This document shows, one piece after another, positions 45,684 through 56,417 of a stretch of 64,000 nt of DNA. Source of the DNA: Eledone cirrhosa (lineage: Eukaryota). The number at the start of each line of letters is the position of its first letter. Position 1 is the stretch's first letter. A program made the position numbers and the translations under genes. Below the pieces are notes generated by a model, which saw only the letters and a list, made by a program, of their open reading frames with translations, searched no databases and was not told the DNA's origin. Location: the NCBI GenBank assembly GCA_964016885.1, contig OZ024741.1, positions 335,606,001-335,670,000 on the forward strand, in the 5' to 3' direction.

Positions 45684-46134
45684 CTCTTAACATCCTGTAA
45701 CTATTTAGCAGAAAATATCTAAAAATGTGTTTGTTAATTCAAATGTTTATAGTATCTTTCTTAGTGGACAGATTATTGTAGAAATCTGTAGCTTTAACTC
45801 TTAATATCCTGTAATGATTTAGCTGAAAATGTCTAAAATCAAGTTTGTCAATTCAAATGTTTATAGTATATTTCCTAGTGGACAGATTGTTGTGAAAATT
45901 TGCAGCATTCTTTCTTAATATCCTATAATATTTTAGCCAAAAATATCTAAAAATGGGTGTTAATTCAAATGTTTATAGTGTCTTCACTAGAGGATGGATT
46001 GTGAAAGATTTTAATAATATCTCTTAACATATTGTAATGGTGTAGCCAAAAATATCTACAAACAGGTTTGTCAATTCAAATGTTTATAATATATTTACTA
46101 GTGAACAGATTGTTGTGAAAATTTGCAGCATTAA
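45684..46134. repeat. Four diverged tandem copies of a ~113-bp unit at the start of the protocadherin intron
   Basis: Units start at ~45684, 45798, 45912 and 46021 and share the invariant core AATTCAAATGTTTATA. Confidence 0.9.
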
Positions 46135-46319
46135 GGACTGTTTTATAGTACTGTTTTATACTTTTCCAGAATGTCTTGCTAATGTAATTTTATGTGATAC
46201 AAGACATTAAGGGTTAAGGAGAATTAATGTTCTAGTTGTTGCTTTATTTCTATATGTTTGTATTTTTGTATATAAATGTTGATACAAATACATGACATAC
46301 AGTGACAACAGATCAATTT

Positions 46320-46480
46320 GGAGAACCCAGTGTCTGATAGGATTTATGGATTCAACTATGGTTCCATGTTCAATTCCACTACATGGTACCTTGGGCAACT
46401 GTCTTTTACCATAACCTTGGGTTCACCAATGCTTTGTCAGGGAAATGTGCTACATGTAAACTGTGCTGAAACCTATTATA
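46320..46480 (+). mobile_element. Degenerate tRNA-derived SINE (family S3)
   Basis: GTTCAATTCCACT...CCTTGGGCAACTGTCTTTTACCATAACCTTGGG. A related fragment lies at ~53935-53965. Confidence 0.55.
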
Positions 46481-46483
46481 GAT

Positions 46484-46800
46484 GCACACATGGTTTTGTG
46501 GTTAGGGCATTTGGTTCTTGATTGTAAAGCTGTGAGTTCAATTCCCAGTGGTGCACCATGTCCTTGAGCAAGACACTTTATTTCATGTTATTCCACTGCA
46601 CTCAACTGTCAAAAGTGAATTGTTCCTGTAATTCAAAAGGGGTTAACTTTCTCACACACTGTGTTATGATGAATCTCCCTGAGAACTACAATGGTGCATT
46701 TTTCTGTGGAATGCTTAACACCTTGTATGCTAATTTCAAGAACAGGCTGTTGCATTGATCTAACAACTGGACTACATCCTCACAACTGATGGAGATCCTC
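46484..46800 (+). mobile_element. tRNA-derived SINE family S2
   Basis: TGGTTTTGTGGTTAGGGC (A box), GAGTTCAATTCC (B box), and the core TCCTTGAGCAAGACACTTTATTTCA. Confidence 0.8.
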
Positions 46801-46941
46801 CAACAGCAGTAGCAGCAGCATTTACTTAACAATAACTATGTCTCAGACATACCTCATTAGTTTTTTACCTTCTCTTTGTCCATAAACATCTTCCCTGCAC
46901 TATTAGAGTGAAGCTATTTGTTGCTATTATTATGTGTGTGT

Positions 46942-47190
46942 GGAGGCAAGTGGCCTAGTGGTAAAGGTGTTGGACTTACGATCATAATGCTGTGGGTTCA
47001 ATTCCTGGATTGGGTTGTGTTGTGTTCTTGAGCAAAATACTTCATTTTACATTGCTCCAGTGTACTCAGCTGAAAATGAGTACCAGCAATACTTTGGGGT
47101 TTAACCCTGTGATAGACTTGTACTCTCAATCACTTCATGTCACGGAAATTGGAATAAGCACTGGCCTGACAAGTGTCCAGGATCGAGATA
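46942..47190 (+). mobile_element. tRNA-derived SINE family S2
   Basis: TGGCCTAGTGGTAAAGG, GGTTCAATTCC and TTCTTGAGCAAAATACTTCATTTTACATTGCTCCAG. Aligns to the reverse copy at 61706-61975. Confidence 0.85.
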
Positions 47191-47479
47191 GATTTTAGAA
47201 TTTAAAAAAAATATTTGTGGGTAGGTGTGTATGTATATATTTGTGTGTGTATATATATTTGTTTTGCATTTGAGTTACACTGCCCCCCCCCCCCCCCTCC
47301 TCCCAGCCACAATGTGCAATGTAGAACAGAATACCAAGATGGGGTATAAAGAAACATTGGCTGGATTTGTATATCAGGCCGGTTGGCTCAAAGTATTAAG
47401 AAATTAATAGAAAAAAAAAAAAACAGCAATTGTATTTGAATTTGCAGTTTTCTTTAAAATGTACTTTGATTACCAATTT

Positions 47480-47870
47480 TCTGATATAATCTCTTGTATT
47501 TATGGATGTATGACTTTTGATGGAGCCATAGAGACACCATTGTGATATAAGGTGTGTCTTGTCACTTTAAATCTGCTGGAGCCTATCCTCTCTCCAGGTC
47601 TGAAAACAGCTAATTTCTTCTTCTTTGAGTAAGAGAGTGAGCGAGCAAATGAGAGGGAACTAGAGAGAGAGAGCGGGGAGAGAGAAGTGAGAAAGTTATA
47701 TATAGGAAGAATTTACTCTAGAACTGGACTGTTACTTTTCTTTTATCGACCTTGAATGGATGAAAGGCAAAGCTGAACATGCCGAAATTGGAACTTTGAG
47801 AGTGCAGAGAGCTAGAACGAATACTGCACTACCTTCTATCCGACGTTGTAATCACTCTGCCAATTTGCTA
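47480..47870 (-). mobile_element. Composite: foldback-MITE right arm + GA-rich spacer + S1 SINE (minus strand)
   Basis: CTCTCCAGGTCTGAAAACAGCTAATTTCTTC...GAAGTGAGAAAG...GGAAGAATT...GGATGAAAGGCAAAG. Same order as 39480-39770. Confidence 0.7.
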
Positions 47871-49298
47871 ACTAATCTTGTTTTTAGTCCTTGTATATTT
47901 AGCATATAGCTTCATTTTAAATCCTTTCTAATCTGGTTATTATTCATTTACAATGCTTATTAATTTATTTGAGAAAAGTCAACAAAGACAACAAAAGTCA
48001 ACAAAGAAAAACAAATTGAAAGAACAATACAATTCGATAATGATATGTGTTAGTTTATCATTTGATATAGTAGGAAAAGAGTCTTGATGTTTCAGACATT
48101 ATTCCTTCGTTAGACTATAGTATAAGAAAAAGAAGAAAAACTAGAGAGATAGACAAGAGAAAGAAAAGAAAAAAAATGGGGGGGGGGGGGGTGCCTATAT
48201 CAATGTTTCCTTTATTAATGCCTATCTTTAATACAAGCAATATTTCATGTCTTTGAATCCAGACTTTCATTTTGGTTCTTTTTAACTCAATTTAACTTAC
48301 TGAACTTCACATTATAGATAACACCTGTTTCTTTTATATATCTTTGTCATCATTAAAAGATCTTCTACTTTATGGTTCTACATAGTATGATACTGCTATC
48401 ATATATATATTACATAGGCTCTTTGTATTAATAACTTTTTTTTCTCTCCTTTCCCTCTTTAATAATTTATTACATTTAGTTTTTATTCTCTTTCAAAATT
48501 AATACCAGCAAGCTTAAACAATATTACGACTATTCCTTTTAGTCTTCATCAAGACATTAGATTATTGATTCTAAAATCGTTATCAGAAAACATTTTAGAA
48601 GATAAAAGATTTTTTTTTATCACATAATTATTTTCTATGAAAAATGTTATAGCATTTATCTCATCAAATTTAGAACTTGCATCATTTATAATAAGGATAT
48701 CTATACTTAATTTATATTGTAACTACATAACAGTAATTTATTGTTATTTTTATTATTTTTTTGTTTTTAAATTATTACCGCAGTAAAGCCAGTAATACTG
48801 CATTAAAGTGATTACTCATCTTATAGAAAAAACAAAAACTGCTAGAATAGTTTATTATGTTAATTGGCTGTTTTTCTTTCTTAAATGAGTCACATAAGAC
48901 ATCGTATTTTGTTTTCACTATTTCATAGGGTGGGTGGCTGGTTGGAGGAGGACTGCAGTGCTCATCACCCCTTTTCAGGGCCTCCAGGACTGAAGGGTGG
49001 AAAGTATCCTGAAATCAGAAACCTGGCCGAACAAAGTGGACTCTGCTAAAAGCACTCAAGGGCCAGGTGGTGGTGGTGTTAAACCGGGCAATAAATTAAG
49101 TCTGCCACCCAAGAAAACAGTTTCAAATGAATCACTAATGTGTAGATAAAATTTGACATTTTATGCTGAAGATTTTCAGTAGCTTTTATTCGTTTTTGTT
49201 ATTCCTAATGAAAGACACTATCTATGATTTTCAAATCATTTTGAAAATAAGCCAGAATTTGAAGGGTTTAGAGATATAACTAACTTTGTCATTATTAA

Positions 49299-49870
49299 CT
49301 ACTTAGCATTTACATTACTCTATATTTACTATTATATTTACTATGTGAAGGTGCATGGCTTAGTGGTAAGAGCATTGGGCTTGCAATCTGAAGGTTGTGA
49401 GTTCAATTCTTGAACTGGGTGATGCGTTGTCCTTGAGCAAGACACTTTATTTCACATTGCTCCAGTTTACTCAGCTGTAGAAATGAGTTGAAACGTCACT
49501 GGTGTGAAACTGTATCGGCCATTGCCTTTCCCTTGGACATCATCGGTGGCGTGGAGAGGGTAGGCTGGTATGTCCAGGCAAAGTTGTTTGCCTGGACTTC
49601 TGCCTCAGAGAGGAACATTCCAGGTGCAAATCCCATGGTCATTCGTGACTGAAGGAGGTCTTTACTTTTTATATATTTACTATTGTATTTTCACAGTAAA
49701 GGCTTTATCTTACATAATTATCTCACATAATATCAAATTTATGAGATTTTGATATTATTTATTTTGAGTAGAATACCCTAACATAACTATGAGCAGTCGG
49801 TTACAGCCAATTTGAACAGAAAGAGATGAGAAAATTCTAGCTGGATACGGCCGGTTTAAATGCTAAAGGG
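49299..49870 (+). mobile_element. piggyBac-like MITE family B with TTAA target duplication, containing a SINE
   Basis: TTAA(49295-98)|CTACTTAGCATTTA ... TAAATGCTAAAGGG|TTAA(49871-74). Confidence 0.8.
49345..49671 (+). mobile_element. Full-length S2 SINE with 12-bp TSD
   Basis: TGGCTTAGTGGTAAGAGC, GAGTTCAATTC and CCTTGAGCAAGACACTTTATTTCAC. TATATTTACTAT flanks it at 49333-49344 and 49672-49683. Confidence 0.9.
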
Positions 49871-51194
49871 TTAAGCTGATGTTTGGAGCATAACTTTAAC
49901 AATGGTTCTTATATGAAATTACAATGGGATGCTTCTAGATAAATAGAAACACTTTAAAATAAACAGCCTAGTATCGTAAAATTAGGGACCATTTCAGGTG
50001 GTTTGGTACCAAAGGGGTTAAAATTTGGTTCCCACTAAGCTCAAAGGCAATTTGTTATCCTTAATGTCATTAAAGAGAGATATATTTTTCACAAGACATT
50101 GCTGGAGAGCTAAGCAAGAACTCGTTAGTGAAAATACTCTTATAGACACCTTGACATGGATATACCATAGGCCATCTATCTAGCAAAAATCTTTATTGTC
50201 CAAAGGCCCATTGCTAGGTTTTAGAGCTCTGGGAGCCTTTGGAATATTCTGGGTGCAGTCTCTAATTTACAATAATTCTAAGGCATAGTTTTAAAATAAG
50301 CATATCACCATAAATATTTCTAAATCTGAGGGTGTGTATGTATAGACCTATAACTCCTGAGGGAGTCGTAGGGGCATTGCATTAATATACAGGGCAATTT
50401 TTTTAAACCTGGTGGAGCCCATCTTCTTCCCAAGTCCACCACTGAGAGTACATTATTGAAAACAAAACATTGCTGAAATACTATGCAGGATCAAGAGGGG
50501 TTGTGTGATCAAGTTGGACAAATCTGAGCAAGCTCTGCTTAATGATTTCAATTTTATAATTGTTATGGGTAAGTCTTATAAAATATCCAAAACTATAAAA
50601 TAAACTAAATCTATATTATTTCATAAAACTTGATATCTATTTAGAATATTTTAACTTTATAATAATCTGAAGTTGAAGTTTTCTAACTTTATTGTTTCTT
50701 TTAATAACCTGATTTCATGTCTATGGTTTATTAAAAAAGAAAAGCCACTTTCAGACAAGCACTTCTCCAAAAAGATTGATTCCTCTGCTTAAAATCAGAA
50801 TTAGATTCTTCACATTAGAAGTGTAGCTAAAGATAATGGTGCAACATGTGATCTATTTCACTTCTGGGTATTTTGATTCAGAACTTGGTTTGTTTGGTTT
50901 TTGTTCTTTGTCTGAAGACTGCTTCTTCATCGGCGTTGTTGCTGCTGTCATCATCACTATCATCATCACCACCATCACTGTTATCACTGTCATAATCATC
51001 ATATATAGTTTTATATCCTATTATTCCTGTGGTATTTCTCAGACAAATTCACTGTACTACCTGTCTTAGTTTTAGCTGTTCTAAGCTGGTTCTTTTTTTT
51101 TTCCTGTTAAGACTTTATATTATATTATAAAACTGTGGTCATGACAGTGTAAGATTCCATATATGTGAGAACACTTTGCGAAAGGAGAGAGGGT

Positions 51195-51770
51195 GATACA
51201 TAAGTAGATGGAGAGGTTGGCAGGGAGGTAGATAGATTGGTAGATAGATAGAGGTAGGAGGTAGATAGATAGATTGATAAGTAGGTAGATAGGTAAGTAC
51301 ATAGATAGGTAGATTAATAGGCAGGAAGATATGTAGGTAGGTAGATATATAGGTAGGTAAATAGATAGGTAGGTTGATAGGTAGGTAGGTAGATGAATAG
51401 ATAACAGAGAGGGAGAGATAGAGGCATTGATAAAAGGATAGAGATAGATAGATATTAATAGAGGAATAGATAAACAGGTAGATGGATAGCTAGATTGGTA
51501 TGGATAGATATCAATAGATGAACATAGATAGATAGGTGGATGAATATAGACAGATATAAAAAGCCAGACAGATAGATATAGAAAAATGGATATAGATCTA
51601 GATGGATAGATTTAGAGATATAGAAAGATAGATATAGATAGATATAGATGGATAGATAAAAAGACATTTAAAGATGAATAGCTGAATACAGATAGATAGA
51701 TATAGAAAGATGGTTATACGTAGGTAAAAACAGATAGATAAAACAAACAAATATAGAGAGATAGGAACAG
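51195..51770. repeat. Degenerate (GATA/GGTA)n tetranucleotide tract
   Basis: Directly visible. Confidence 0.9.
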
Positions 51771-52255
51771 AAGTTTGTAAAGGAAGACGGAGGAATTAAA
51801 AGAAAGAATTTCCACTGTTGCTTTCAATTAAATGGTATAATAAATGAAGAGGCAAGCTGGAGACACACTGCCAGGTTTTGTGTCTGTTTCTTTTAATTAT
51901 ATAATAATTAAGATTTAATTTTTATGCTGCTTATATACCCCCCCAAAAAATCAATATTTTGAGGAAAAAATTCTGAAAATGTTCATCATTAGTAAGTATG
52001 AGATAAATCATATTATGAGGAAGTACGCACTAGCATACTTGATGTAAAAGCTTGTTAATTTATTAAAATGTTAATTTATTAAAATTAGACATTTGAGGAC
52101 AAGGAAAAATCTTTATCTAAGTAAATTACTAATTCTTGTCAAAAAAGTTGGGGATACAACTACAAAATTTTAATTAAAATAGAATGTTTAATGTAGTCAG
52201 AGAATGAGTTTGATATTTTGTTGTAGTGTGATAATGCTGTCTATATTTTAGTTTT

Positions 52256-52711
52256 CGAATAGGTTACTTTGCCGGTCCCGGGAAAATAGACAAATATGCT
52301 TTTAAAGCTTATTTTACCAGTTCCCGGTACATATAGTGTTAATGTTAGTGTCGGGTTTGGGTTAGGGTTTAAATTGTCTTAATAATCAGTTGTGAAAATA
52401 AATAAACTTCTGTGTTAAATCTGTGTGTTGTTATTTTTAACATTACCTGCCTTCATAATAATGGTTTCTGATTTAGGCACAAAGCCAACAATTTTGGGAG
52501 CGGGGAAAGTCAATTAAGCTGACCCCAGTGCATTACTGGTGCTTTATTTTATCAACCACGTAAGGATGAATGGCAAAGCTAACCCCAGTGGGATTTGAAC
52601 TCAGACTGTAAAAAGCTGCAACTCTAGGCTTCAAAGCATGGTGTCTGACACTCTTACTGGCAAAATAGACTGGGAGTCTATTTTACCGGGACTGGCAAAA
52701 TAGCCTCTTCC
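52256..52711. mobile_element. Non-autonomous DNA transposon with ~36-bp TIRs and a perfect 9-bp TSD (Mutator-like), carrying an S1 SINE at ~52455-52660
   Basis: TSD TTTAGTTTT at 52247-52255 and 52712-52720. TIRs are CGAATAGGTTACTTTGCCGGTCCCGGGAAAATAGAC and GTCTATTTTACCGGGACTGGCAAAATAGCCTCTTCC. Confidence 0.85.
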
Positions 52712-52723
52712 TTTAGTTTTAGA

Positions 52724-52837
52724 TCTCCTCAGCAAGATATAGCTGAATTGTGGCTGATCAACCCTATCAAAGTTTAGTTCCCTAAACTCTGACAGGCTTG
52801 ATCATCAGCCACAATTCACAATACCTTGCTGAGGAGA
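52724..52837. other. 114-nt imperfect hairpin (pre-miRNA-like or miniature palindromic element)
   Basis: Arms 52724-52777 and 52782-52837 pair with 5 mismatches and 2 bulges around a TTCC loop. Confidence 0.85.
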
Positions 52838-52884
52838 ATGCCTTTGGAACTAATACCGCAAGGCATCCCATTTGATGCTTCACC

Positions 52885-53220
52885 AATTCCACCAATTCAC
52901 CACTTTGAGGTGGTACATTATTTTATCAATCCTGACAGGAGAGAAGGTAAAATTGATCTTGGTGATATTTGAATTCAGAGCACAAAATGCTGGAACAAAT
53001 ACCACAAGGCATTTTGTCTTAGTTTATATGCCCTGACAACACTGGAGATGCCCTGGCAACACTGACGATGCCCTGACAACACTGGCGATGCCCTGACAAC
53101 ACTGGCGATGCCCTGACAACTTTGGTGATGCCCTGACAACTTTGGTGATGCCCTGACAACTTTGGCAATTCCCTGGCAATGCTGACAATGCTCTCACAAC
53201 TCTGGCAATTTACTGCCCTC
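52885..53220 (-). mobile_element. S1 SINE whose head region has expanded into a 20-bp minisatellite (53028-53210, ~9 units, ATGCCCTGACAACACTGGCG)
   Basis: The S1 core is at 52910-53020. The 20-bp period is visible, and the last unit grades into the SINE 5' end (GGCAATTTACTGCCC). Confidence 0.8.
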
Positions 53221-53544
53221 TATATAATATGTATCAATTTTATTAAACTTAACTTTTTTTTATAACTGACATGTTAACTTTTACTGATTCTGTTTCACTG
53301 TTAAATCTTCTACTGGGTCACAATTAAAATGTTTAGTTTGAATTCTAAATTTTAGTGACCTCTCTTCAAACTGAAATTTCAATACAATTAGAGTTTATAG
53401 ATCTAATGTCTAAATATCTGTGAAGAGTTAGTATTTATGATTATAATTTTAAGATAATCTTTAGGGTGGTAGATTTAGTGTTTCATCTGACTCTTGGTTG
53501 CTCTTAGTAGAGTCCACTCTGTTGCAAGAACTACAATGTTATGG

Positions 53545-53715
53545 TTACCAGCTGGTGGGTAAGCCAAAGAAGACCTGGAGATCCACCCTAAAAGATGACC
53601 TGCAGATGTGTGTTACAAACTGGTTTCAAGCATCAATCCTTGCCAGAGACAGAGAAAACTGGAAGCGCATAGTGCCCCATTGCTGTGAGGCTGGAGAAAC
53701 CAGAGGACCAGATGA
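53545..53715 (+). mobile_element. RTE-clade LINE ORF C-terminal remnant
   Basis: The translation GKPKKTWRSTLKDDL...W...A.DRENWKRIV matches the GRP(K/R)xTW...D...A.DRxxWR C-terminal signature of RTE-type elements. Confidence 0.75.
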
Positions 53716-54044
53716 CTCTGTTGTAAGCATCTGGGCCATGTTGCTGATTTAAGGATATGTTCCTGCTTCCTTCTAGCCAGTCTCAAAAGTCCTGAAAAGT
53801 TTTCATGGGTATCTTCGTTCTCTTTTGATTAAACAGTAAAAAAACAAAAAACAAAACGTGAAGTACTTTCATTAGTTTAGAAATAAAAGCTTCTAGTTTG
53901 AAACTAATTGAGGTCTCACTGCATTTCAAACAGAGGGAGCAAGTGTCTTCTGCTGTAACCTGGGTTTCCTGAATAAACAGCTTAGTATCATAAAAACCTG
54001 GGGCAGTTATAGGTAGTTTGGTATCAAAAGTGTTGAGTCACTTT

Positions 54045-54190
54045 CATCACCATCATTGCATGTCCATTTTCCATGCTGGCAAGTGTTGGATGGGTTGCTA
54101 TGGCCTGACACTAGACCATGGTTTCTATGGTTGGATGCTCTTCCTAATGTTAACCACTTTGCAGGGTGTACTGAGTGCTTTTATCATCGT
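54045..54190 (-). mobile_element. S4 SINE, degenerate
   Basis: TCCATTTTCCATGCTGGC...GGTTGGATGCTCTTCCTAATGTTAACCACTT. Confidence 0.7.
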
Positions 54191-54376
54191 AGAACATGTA
54201 AAATCTAACCATTTATTAATTAGAGATATTTTGAATAAGTACCAGATTGAAATTAGTACTGCTGATGTCAATCTGATAAACTGATGCCTTACAAAGTTGT
54301 ACCTCAGCATAGCCACAAACAAATGACTGAAACTAGCAAAAGGAAATAGCCAGGAATAAGACACCTGATGACAATC

Positions 54377-54510
54377 AGAGATGAAAGAGATTAGAGATGA
54401 AAGAGATTACAGATGAAAGAGATTAAAGATGAAAGAGATTACAGATGAAAGAGATTACAGATGAAAGAGATTACAGATGAAAGAGATTAGAGATGAAACA
54501 GATTAGAAAT
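54377..54510. repeat. 16-bp minisatellite AGATGAAAGAGATTA(C/G/A), ~8 copies
   Basis: Directly visible. Confidence 0.95.
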
Positions 54511-54779
54511 AAAACCAATTGAAATGTTGTGTGGCTGTATATATTAAACGAATAAAACAAAACAAAAACATTTTATCTCTAAAGTTGAGGTTAATAGTTT
54601 GGAAAAATTTAATTGTATTAGTAATTAAATGTTGAAGTTAGTGGCTTTATGGCATCATAATGTTGGTTGTGAAGAATCTTGGTGTATTTTGCTTCATTAA
54701 AAGATAAAGGGATGCTGCTGGCTTTAGCTGTGGTGGTGATGGCTGGTACCCACATGGGATGATCCATTTTCCATTTAAG

Positions 54780-55003
54780 GAGCTTGAGTGGTGGATTGGC
54801 AGTACCGGTGGAGCATCAGACAATATGCTTTGCAGCATTATTATGGCCTTTTATGTTCTGAGTTCAAATTCCACCAAGGTTAGCTTTGCCGTTCATCCTT
54901 ATGGGGTTGATAAAATAGAGTTCCACTAACATTCTGTGGTCAATTTAATCGACTATACTCTTGCCTAAAATTGTTGGCCTTGTGCCTCAATCAGAAACCA
55001 TTT
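54780..55003 (+). mobile_element. S1 SINE
   Basis: GGATTGGCAGTACCGGTGGAGC, GAGTTCAAATTCC, CTTTGCCGTTCATCC, and the tail GGCCTTGTGCC...AGAAACCATT. Confidence 0.85.
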
Positions 55004-55502
55004 AAGGAGTTTCAGTTACTCATCCGGGATCCTATGTGTTGTGACACATTCTCTAGTGCCAACTTTATTGCATCAGTCATAAGCCCAAGAATTGCCATCC
55101 ACAGCTCAGAGAGAAAATGGTTAAATACCAGTCATTGAGAGATAGGTTCCTTTATGTACCAATCATCATAATCACTGTTGAAACCTTCAGCATCTGGTCC
55201 TTGGTCTATCGCTCTACTTCACCAAATCTGAATGAAGGCATTACATATGAGAAAGAATCCTTGTGAGAAGGAATGACCGATGCAACAGATATTGCTAATG
55301 TATCTTGAAATCTCCAGTATCTTTGGTCCTTGGTCTGTCGCTCTCTTTCCCCCAAATCAGGATGAGTTATACAGTTAATAGATGCAAGTAGACTAAATTT
55401 GGAGTTTGAGTTATTTTCCTTTTATTTTGCATGGAAATAGAAAATGTGTATCTTTGAGTCTTTCAAGATTCTTAGCAGACTCTCTAGTGATAGTGTAATA
55501 AT

Positions 55503-55688
55503 TGTTTCTACTTTAGGCACAAGGCCAGCAAATACCCAGTACATTACTGGTACTTTATTTTATTGACCCCGTAAGGATGAAAGGCAAAGTTAACCTCGGC
55601 GGGATTTGAACTCAGACTGTAAAGGGACGTAACTATGCTGGAAAGCATGGCGTCCGACCCTCTACCGATACTGCCAATCCACTGCCCT
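55503..55688 (-). mobile_element. Young S1 SINE with 18-bp TSD
   Basis: TAGTGATAGTGTAATAAT at 55485-55502 and 55689-55706, with an intact core. Confidence 0.92.
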
Positions 55689-55732
55689 TAGTGATAGTGT
55701 AATAATAAAGTACTAATATACTAATAAAAAGG

Positions 55733-55915
55733 CTCCCAGTCCACACTGTAAATGTGGTTGGTGTTAGGAAGGGCATCCAGATATAGAAAACTTGTCAGGA
55801 ACAGTTCTGTATGAGCGAGACACAGTCTCCCGACCAATCTTGCCTCAAGCAGGACAAAACCGTCCAACCCATGCTAGAGTGGAAGATGGACGTTAAATGA
55901 TGATGATGGTGATGA
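55733..55915 (+). mobile_element. S4 SINE ending in (GAT)n
   Basis: GTGGTTGGTGTTAGGAAGGGCATCCAG...AACCCATGCTAG...GGACGTTAAATGATGATG. Close reverse match to 42701-42880. Confidence 0.85.
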
Positions 55916-56256
55916 TACATATAGTATATTGTAAAGTGGCTGGTGATCAAACTGAAACAATTTAGGGTTGAGATGATCCTTTAGTCCTGCCAAGGACATA
56001 ACACCTTTAGTGTTGATGCCATGATAAAATGTATCTAATATACTCTGTAAAGTAATAAGTGTTAAGAATGGCATCCAGCCATAAAAAAAAAACATGGAAT
56101 ATACCAGTATAATGTCAAACTTATAATGTTTTATGTATTTTTAGGATTTTGTTATAGATATAACCCAGTAATTTGTGTTAAAGACTTCCTTGTATCTATC
56201 TAATACACCTTATATTAATTAGTATTTATATAAGACTGCTATTCTTCAATGAGGGT

Positions 56257-56417
56257 CAGACACCATGCTTTCCAGCATAGTTACGTCCCTTAACGATCTG
56301 AGTTAAAATCCCGCAGAGGTTAACTTTGCCTTTCATCCTTACGGGGTCGATAAAATAAAGTACCAGTAATGTACTGGGTAATTGCTGACCTGGTGCCAAA
56401 AAGTAGAAACAATTATT
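56257..56417 (+). mobile_element. Young S1 SINE, 5'-truncated
   Basis: GAGGTTAACTTTGCCTTTCATCCTTACGGGGTCGATAAAATAAAGTACCAGTAATG...AAAAGTAGAAACAATTAT. Confidence 0.9.

Larger units (their letters stand above)
49191..50017 (+). mobile_element. TTAA-type MITE family A, split by a nested MITE B
   Basis: The right end is TTTGGTACCAAAGGGG|TTAA. The halves 49191-49298 and 49875-50017 resemble the intact copy at 60176-60388. The left end is eroded. Confidence 0.65.

Noticed and set aside
45636-45722. C-terminal VSLTFLKYN...AENI of the ORF
   Set aside because: It follows a consensus CAG|GTGAGT donor and runs into the 113-bp repeat, so it is probably intronic read-through.
46942-47010. tRNA genes at A/B-box sites (also 49345, 40130 and 58712)
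   Set aside because: No complete cloverleaf is evident, and each continues into a SINE core.
50489-50575. Possible exon ending at the strong donor G|GTAAGT
   Set aside because: The upstream AG has no polypyrimidine tract, and phase 0 hits an early stop.
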